From Fastidiosibacter lacustris (GTDB taxonomy: Bacteria > Pseudomonadota > Gammaproteobacteria > Francisellales > Francisellaceae): 32,000 nt of DNA. Position 1 is the stretch's first letter. Each line of letters begins with the position of its first letter. Of the stretch, positions 27,242 through 32,000 are shown piece by piece. The stretch spans positions 120,001 through 152,000 of the forward strand of contig NZ_QLIR01000002.1 of the NCBI RefSeq assembly GCF_003428155.1, given 5' to 3'. Below the pieces are notes generated by a model, which was given only the letters and a program-made list of their open reading frames with translations, did no database searches and had not been told where the DNA came from. The translations under genes and the position numbers were made by a program.

Positions 27242-29601
27242 TTGTTCTTTTTCATATTTAAGTTAAGTTGGAATGGTTTTTGGCTAAATAGTTCATTTAC
27301 CTTACTTTCGGAAGTGTTTTTCAAATATTGGCTAGAGAGATTTTTTATATGTTGTAATTTTTCTATGATATGAGCTTTATTTTCACTTAACTTTAACCCG
27401 TTCATAGTGTTAAGGCGATAGAAAAGGTCACGTAGCATTTTACCATCAACGAGTTGCTGAGTTAAATTCGATTGTGTTAAATCAAAATATGCGTTATTTA
27501 ATTTTGCTTCAAGAGAGATAGATTCAAACAAAATACTATCTTGCAACATCGCTATATCTTCGTCAGCTTTATTGGCATAATGATCTAAAGCTTGTTTGCT
27601 TTGATATGCTGATTCTGATGTGTTTGTTTGATAAGGAGATTGTTCACTCGATTTGCCGCTATCAAGTGCATATGGTTCGCCAACAGGAGCGTCATTTAAG
27701 TTGGGCATCCCTTCTTGTAATAGCATCGAGCTTAATGGTAAGGCATCTATTTTTTTATAGTGAGTATTTCCAAGTGCAATTTTTGTCGATTGAATAAAAG
27801 CAATACTATAAGGCTCAACTTTTAATAAGTGATTCAATGCAATATGCTTAGTTTTCTTAGGAGCTGCATAAAAAGAGCGCATTCTGACAATATTGGATTT
27901 AAAGAATACATGTGCTTCACCAGGCAGTTGATCTTTTAAATCCATAAGGTCAATCCTAGCACGTTTTTCAATTCCTGCTTCTCTTGAGTCTTTGTAACCT
28001 AAGCTATTGCCATCTTGTCCCATGTTGTAACTTCTAACGGTTGATACATATGCTTCTCCTGCCGTTTTATTGAAAAAATCCCAGGTTTCAGTAGGATCTT
28101 CAAGTTTCATACACAGTTTGATGTTAGTGTTGGCAAAAATAGAAGCAGCTTCTTCTTTAGATGCTTTTTGAAAGGCGGGAATATCTTGACCGGCAAACAC
28201 AACAGAGAAGCCCAAAGAGCGTGCTTGAGCAGGAACCACAGCAAATCCTTCAACCGCATAATAACCATACTCATCTAGAATACATAAAAAAGGTGTGTCG
28301 GAGTTAGAAGGTTTCGATTCGATAACTTTTTTATATTCACCTTGAATTTTAGAACCAAGACCGGCTGCCAGCATGGCTTTCAATGAAGCGATAATAAGCT
28401 TTCCTAAATTAGACAATTCATCTGGTGATTTTTCTAATGCAGGTAAAAGTACAACTAAGATACGACGATTTAAAATCACATCACTAAAATCAACGTCCGC
28501 AAGGTTGGTGCGCATAATATGTGCATAAACATCAGCTAATGAGCCAAAGATGCGTGTCAATTGCATTGTGATGTAACCGTGTTGCTCATAAGTTTTATCT
28601 GATTGTTTACCAATGTTTTTTTGCTGATAACCAGGTAACGTTGCAAGATAGTTATACATCGGATCAGTAACATCCGTAGGAAGCGTTTCTTGGATGATAA
28701 TGGTTTGGTTATTATGGTCGACTACTTTTTGTTTGTGTAGTAAATCCTCAACAACATCAAGTATAAAATATCTACGAATGGTATTGGCCTCAAGTAATAG
28801 ATAACCTTTGTCTCGAAGATAAACAAGCAAACGCATCAGTGCCTCGACAAAAGAAATCGCTCTTCCTTTCCACATATCACCATCGCCACCACCGCTATCA
28901 GAGGATGACATCATACTCACGATTAATTGGGATAACATACTAGAAGAGCCTAAGGCAAATGGGTTTAAGGTATTAGAAATCATGTCCTTTTGAGGGCCAA
29001 TAATGTCTTCAGCTCCTGTCATGTAGTTAATAACAAGTAAATCGTCTTCTCGCCCCATATATTTAGCCATTGAAAACACTTGAGCATATAGTGAATTATC
29101 TCCTTTACCATCAACATAAATAAAGCCTGAGCCTTGAGATAGTGCATTAAACGCAATAGAAAGTAAGGTTTGTGTCTTTCCTGAACCAGTAGACCCAAGG
29201 ATAAGGGCATGGGTGCGCATATCTTCATCACTAAACCAAAGCTCTTGATTGTTGCTAATTTCGTTACCAAAAAAATAAAGACCAGCTGCTTTGGAGATTT
29301 TTTTTTGCAATAAGTTACTATTGGAAAGATCAGGATGTTTAGTGCCTAAGGGCAAGCGAAAAGGTAGTATTGGTATTTGCCAGAATGCATTCCAGAAAAT
29401 TAGTAAAACTAAGATAAAAAGGAAGTCGCTTAATAATGGTAACCAAGTTAAAGCAAGAAGCGACAAAAAAATTAAACACATGCTTCCTAATCGTGATGAA
29501 GCAAGTTCATAAATTTGAAAGATTAAACCTCGTGTATCGCGAATACTGTCGCTTGGGCGCGCTTCTTGGGAGCGGGCGAGTCCCCTTAACCCTTTACTCA
29601 T
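27238..29601 (-). CDS. dotL: DotL/IcmO (TrbC-like) type IV coupling protein
   Basis: Two N-terminal TMs. Walker A 'ALILGSTGSGKTQTLLSIAF', 'PFLCILDEYGYYAVEGFAVVPAQARSLGFSVVFAGQDIPAFQKASKEEAASIFANTNIKLCMKLEDPTETWDFFNKTAGEAYV'. C-terminal extension of about 200 aa. Confidence 0.93.
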   Translation of the reverse strand: MSKGLRGLARSQEARPSDSIRDTRGLIFQIYELASSRLGSMCLIFLSLLALTWLPLLSDFLFILVLLIFWNAFWQIPILPFRLPLGTKHPDLSNSNLLQKKISKAAGLYFFGNEISNNQELWFSDEDMRTHALILGSTGSGKTQTLLSIAFNALSQGSGFIYVDGKGDNSLYAQVFSMAKYMGREDDLLVINYMTGAEDIIGPQKDMISNTLNPFALGSSSMLSQLIVSMMSSSDSGGGDGDMWKGRAISFVEALMRLLVYLRDKGYLLLEANTIRRYFILDVVEDLLHKQKVVDHNNQTIIIQETLPTDVTDPMYNYLATLPGYQQKNIGKQSDKTYEQHGYITMQLTRIFGSLADVYAHIMRTNLADVDFSDVILNRRILVVLLPALEKSPDELSNLGKLIIASLKAMLAAGLGSKIQGEYKKVIESKPSNSDTPFLCILDEYGYYAVEGFAVVPAQARSLGFSVVFAGQDIPAFQKASKEEAASIFANTNIKLCMKLEDPTETWDFFNKTAGEAYVSTVRSYNMGQDGNSLGYKDSREAGIEKRARIDLMDLKDQLPGEAHVFFKSNIVRMRSFYAAPKKTKHIALNHLLKVEPYSIAFIQSTKIALGNTHYKKIDALPLSSMLLQEGMPNLNDAPVGEPYALDSGKSSEQSPYQTNTSESAYQSKQALDHYANKADEDIAMLQDSILFESISLEAKLNNAYFDLTQSNLTQQLVDGKMLRDLFYRLNTMNGLKLSENKAHIIEKLQHIKNLSSQYLKNTSESKVNELFSQKPFQLNLNMKKNK

Positions 29602-29851
29602 CTTGGTTGATCTTCTGCGTTAATTTCTCACGACCCAAAAGCCATTCTCTTAAATTTAATAAAAATACCCAAAGAGTGACTTGATAACGACTAAGTATAA
29701 AAAGCAATATACCTGTACCAATGCTTAGACATAAGGTCCATGTTCTAAAGTGAAATAAGCATAAAACAATGGGAATAAAAACCTGAGCTTCAATAATAAA
29801 GAACTTAGGCTTTCTACCGGAATCACGCCAATGTGTGTGACTGTTATTCAT
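29594..29851 (-). CDS. icmT: IcmT (TraK-like) type IVB protein
   Basis: 85 aa: 'HTHWRDSGRKPKFFIIEAQVFIPIVLCLFHFRTWTLCLSIGTGILLFILSRYQVTLWVFLLNLREWLLG'. The HWRDS.R..RFF signature and size fit IcmT. Confidence 0.88.
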   Translation of the reverse strand: MNNSHTHWRDSGRKPKFFIIEAQVFIPIVLCLFHFRTWTLCLSIGTGILLFILSRYQVTLWVFLLNLREWLLGREKLTQKINQDE

Positions 29852-30972
29852 TATATTTCTCCATGTTGGTAGTAAAAATCATAAGTTTCTTTGCTAATGT
29901 AGTCTTCTTGTAATAATTGTGTGGCATGGTGAGTTAAGGACGTTTTGTTTTTATCCATTTCAGTATTGATAACAGTGGATACCTCATCAATTGAACAAGA
30001 TAAAAGCTTGGCTCTTAGCATGGGATCAATCGTAATATACTCCCTTAAGGCGACACGCTTGCCATTTTTGCAAGGTATGAGCGTTTGCCAAATAATGGCT
30101 TGTGTGGTGCTAAAAAAGTCATAATAAATACGTGTTTTTGCTCCTTCATGGAAAAGCATCAGCAGTCGATTTATCGCCTGAGTTACCGACTGACTATGAA
30201 GTGTACTAAAAACGCTATGGCCAGTAAGGGCTGCTTCAATCACAGCAGAAATTGTTTCATTATCTCTTGATTCCCCAACCATGATGGCTGTTGGCGTACG
30301 TCTTAATGCGTTTCTAACTGCATAAGCAAAATCAGGTAAACATCTAGGCAGTTCAGATTGTGAAGTAATTGAGTTTCCAGTATGGATTGGTAGGATATAC
30401 TCAATTGGTGCTTCAAATGTAAGAATTTTTTCTCCTACAATACTTTTTTGAGCTCTTAAGGCCAACATTGAAGCAAGCAAAGTAGATTTCCCCGATCCTG
30501 TTGCACCACAAACTAAAACAATACCTTCTTTGATAAAACTTAAATTGATAAGTTCATTTGGTAATAATAGATTCTCAATAGGTGGTGGGGTTGTGGCTAA
30601 TAATCGCATTGAAATTTGGATACCTAATTTTTCATATTGGCTTATTAAACTGGCATTTATCCTAAAACGCAGCGTTTGATTGCTATTTATCCGATGTGTG
30701 TAACTAAAATCAAGATCGCTACCACTTAATACTTTAGCTACAGCGTTGCTGCCGTATAAAAGATTAATAAAGTCTTCCACTTCATTAGAGCTAAGACACC
30801 TAGTGGTCAATTTTTTATGCTGTCCATATTGTAGTCCAAATATCGGGCTGTCTGTTTGCACTGTCAGGTCACTGATATTAATATCTGCTGCATGAGTTAA
30901 CAGTGCATAGTAGTGCTCTTGCAAAAAATACGGTGGTTCATGTGTGAATAAAAGAGAAGTCACGCCAGTCAT
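29851..30972 (-). CDS. dotB: DotB (TraJ-like) type IVB secretion ATPase
   Basis: PilT/VirB11-superfamily ATPase. 'HAADINISDLTVQTDSPI', Walker A 'VLVCGATGSGKSTLLASML', 'RNALRRTPTAIMVGESRDNETISAVIEAALTGHSVFSTLHSQSVTQAINRLL'. Flanked by dotC and icmT. Confidence 0.92.
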   Translation of the reverse strand: MTGVTSLLFTHEPPYFLQEHYYALLTHAADINISDLTVQTDSPIFGLQYGQHKKLTTRCLSSNEVEDFINLLYGSNAVAKVLSGSDLDFSYTHRINSNQTLRFRINASLISQYEKLGIQISMRLLATTPPPIENLLLPNELINLSFIKEGIVLVCGATGSGKSTLLASMLALRAQKSIVGEKILTFEAPIEYILPIHTGNSITSQSELPRCLPDFAYAVRNALRRTPTAIMVGESRDNETISAVIEAALTGHSVFSTLHSQSVTQAINRLLMLFHEGAKTRIYYDFFSTTQAIIWQTLIPCKNGKRVALREYITIDPMLRAKLLSCSIDEVSTVINTEMDKNKTSLTHHATQLLQEDYISKETYDFYYQHGEI

Positions 30973-30983
30973 AGTAAGCTCAT

Positions 30984-31745
30984 TTATTTTTTGTTATTAC
31001 TTATTACATCGTGTAGTGGATCAAGCATGACTTGCCATAGTTCAGTATTGCTTTGAAATTGTGGCTCAATTTTTAAATTGATTTCTTTATTATCAATAGC
31101 CAGATTATCAGAATCAGATATGATGGCTTTTGTTTCTTTAGTGATGTAAGGTGGAACAATCATGTTGCGGTTTATAAGTTCATAATACATAACCATGCCA
31201 CGAAAATCCCGGTTTAACTTATACACTTGCTGTTTAAAAATATCCACCGCTTGTTCGATACCGCTCTCCCAAGCATAGCGAATAACTGTTTTCCAAATCT
31301 TTTGTTCTTCCTCATTTTGTGGAAGTACGGAACGATCAGGTAATTCAGGTTGAGTAAAGTGGGTAATAAGGTAATCACGCCAAGTTGGGACAGTTGAGAC
31401 GAAATAAGCTTGCCTTGTAATATGATATGACTGACCATTTAAAGTTATTTTACGGTTATCAGTACCAACATTGGATTGATTATAACCTGTTTCAATAATA
31501 GGTGGTAAAATGTTGTCACTTAATAATAACGTATTAAAGTTATAGGTCTGATACAACATAGGTGCCAGTTTATCTAGACTTTTATTAATCATGTTTTGAC
31601 CAACATAGAGTCCACTTTGAATGCCTAACTCTAAAGCAGCTTCTTTAATTGCTTTTTGCCTTAAAGTGAGGTGAGTGCTATCGTATTTTACGATTGGAGC
31701 ATTTGTGTTCAAATTTTCTAGTTGGTGTAATTCGATTGCTATCAT
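30984..31745 (-). CDS. dotC: DotC (TraI-like) type IVB protein, lacking an evident lipoprotein signal
   Basis: 'LRQKAIKEAALELGIQSGLYVGQNMINKSLDKLAPMLYQTYNFNTLLLSDNILPPIIETGYN ... QAYFVSTVPTWRDYLITHF' is the DotC core. ATGA overlap with dotD. Confidence 0.87.
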   Translation of the reverse strand: MIAIELHQLENLNTNAPIVKYDSTHLTLRQKAIKEAALELGIQSGLYVGQNMINKSLDKLAPMLYQTYNFNTLLLSDNILPPIIETGYNQSNVGTDNRKITLNGQSYHITRQAYFVSTVPTWRDYLITHFTQPELPDRSVLPQNEEEQKIWKTVIRYAWESGIEQAVDIFKQQVYKLNRDFRGMVMYYELINRNMIVPPYITKETKAIISDSDNLAIDNKEINLKIEPQFQSNTELWQVMLDPLHDVISNNKK

Positions 31746-32000
31746 GCTTGTAAATACCTGACACTGATGACTTTGGCTTCTGTATTAATACTTAAGCTTG
31801 CTTGTTTACCCGCTTGAACAGCGATATTCCTTAAAATATTAAGGGCAGTTTCTTGTATAGGGGCATTAAGTTGACCAATAATGATGACAATTGGAAAGGG
31901 TGGTGTTTTACCAAAGTATTGCACCTTATAATTTACCGCTAAGCCAATTTTAGTTAGCACATTTTCTAACGGACCATAATAAGTTAGTGAAAGTGTTTGC
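31742..32000 (-). CDS. dotD: DotD (TraH-like), C-terminal part; gene continues past the window end
   Basis: The frame is open to the window end, '..QTLSLTYYGPLENVLTKIGLAVNYKVQYFGKTPPFPIVIIIGQLNAPIQETALNILRNIAVQAGKQASLSIN', a DotD/secretin-N0-like domain. Upstream of dotC. Confidence 0.82.
   Translation of the reverse strand, partial: QTLSLTYYGPLENVLTKIGLAVNYKVQYFGKTPPFPIVIIIGQLNAPIQETALNILRNIAVQAGKQASLSINTEAKVISVRYLQA

Noticed and set aside
1-32000. tRNA genes, integrases, transposases, toxin-antitoxin or CRISPR-Cas loci
   Set aside because: Looked for characteristic motifs in intergenic gaps and ORF products and saw none, so mobility of either T4SS cluster cannot be argued from this window.

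Overview
The window is an AT-rich gammaproteobacterial chromosome segment. It carries parts of two different type IV secretion systems (T4SS), separated by housekeeping genes. (1) Left edge, + strand: the end of a P-type (trb/VirB) T4SS cluster. It holds two adjacent VirB8/TrbF-fold genes (the first cut by the window start), trbG, trbI, a small Asn-rich exported protein, trbL, a TraF-like S26 peptidase and a trbB/virB11 ATPase. (2) It runs co-directionally into a complete pilMNOPQ type IV pilus operon. (3) Core genes follow: elbB-like, alr (-), a TyrP/Mtr-type permease, a KfrA-N-like coiled-coil protein, rnpB (RNase P RNA), relA, rlmL/rlmKL, a Sel1-repeat protein (-) and folD (-). (4) Next is an accessory-looking block: a LuxR-type HTH regulator, an exported protein with a tandem-repeat coiled coil and a beta-helix-like domain, and an outer-membrane beta-barrel. 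(5) Right edge, - strand, transcribed toward lower coordinates: a compact Dot/Icm (type IVB) module in the order dotD(partial)-dotC-dotB-icmT-dotL/icmO-98 aa unknown-dotM/icmP-dotN/icmJ. The first four genes follow IncI order (traH-traI-traJ-traK). The presence of dotN and a DotL C-terminal extension of about 200 aa points instead to an effector-type coupling complex. The best novelty candidates are the 98-aa protein between DotL and DotM (possible diverged IcmS-like adaptor), a DotC without signal peptide or lipobox, the tandem TrbF-like genes with a lipobox-bearing TrbG, and the coiled-coil/beta-helix exported protein as a surface or secreted factor. All product calls rest on reading translated motifs by eye; no database search was run.
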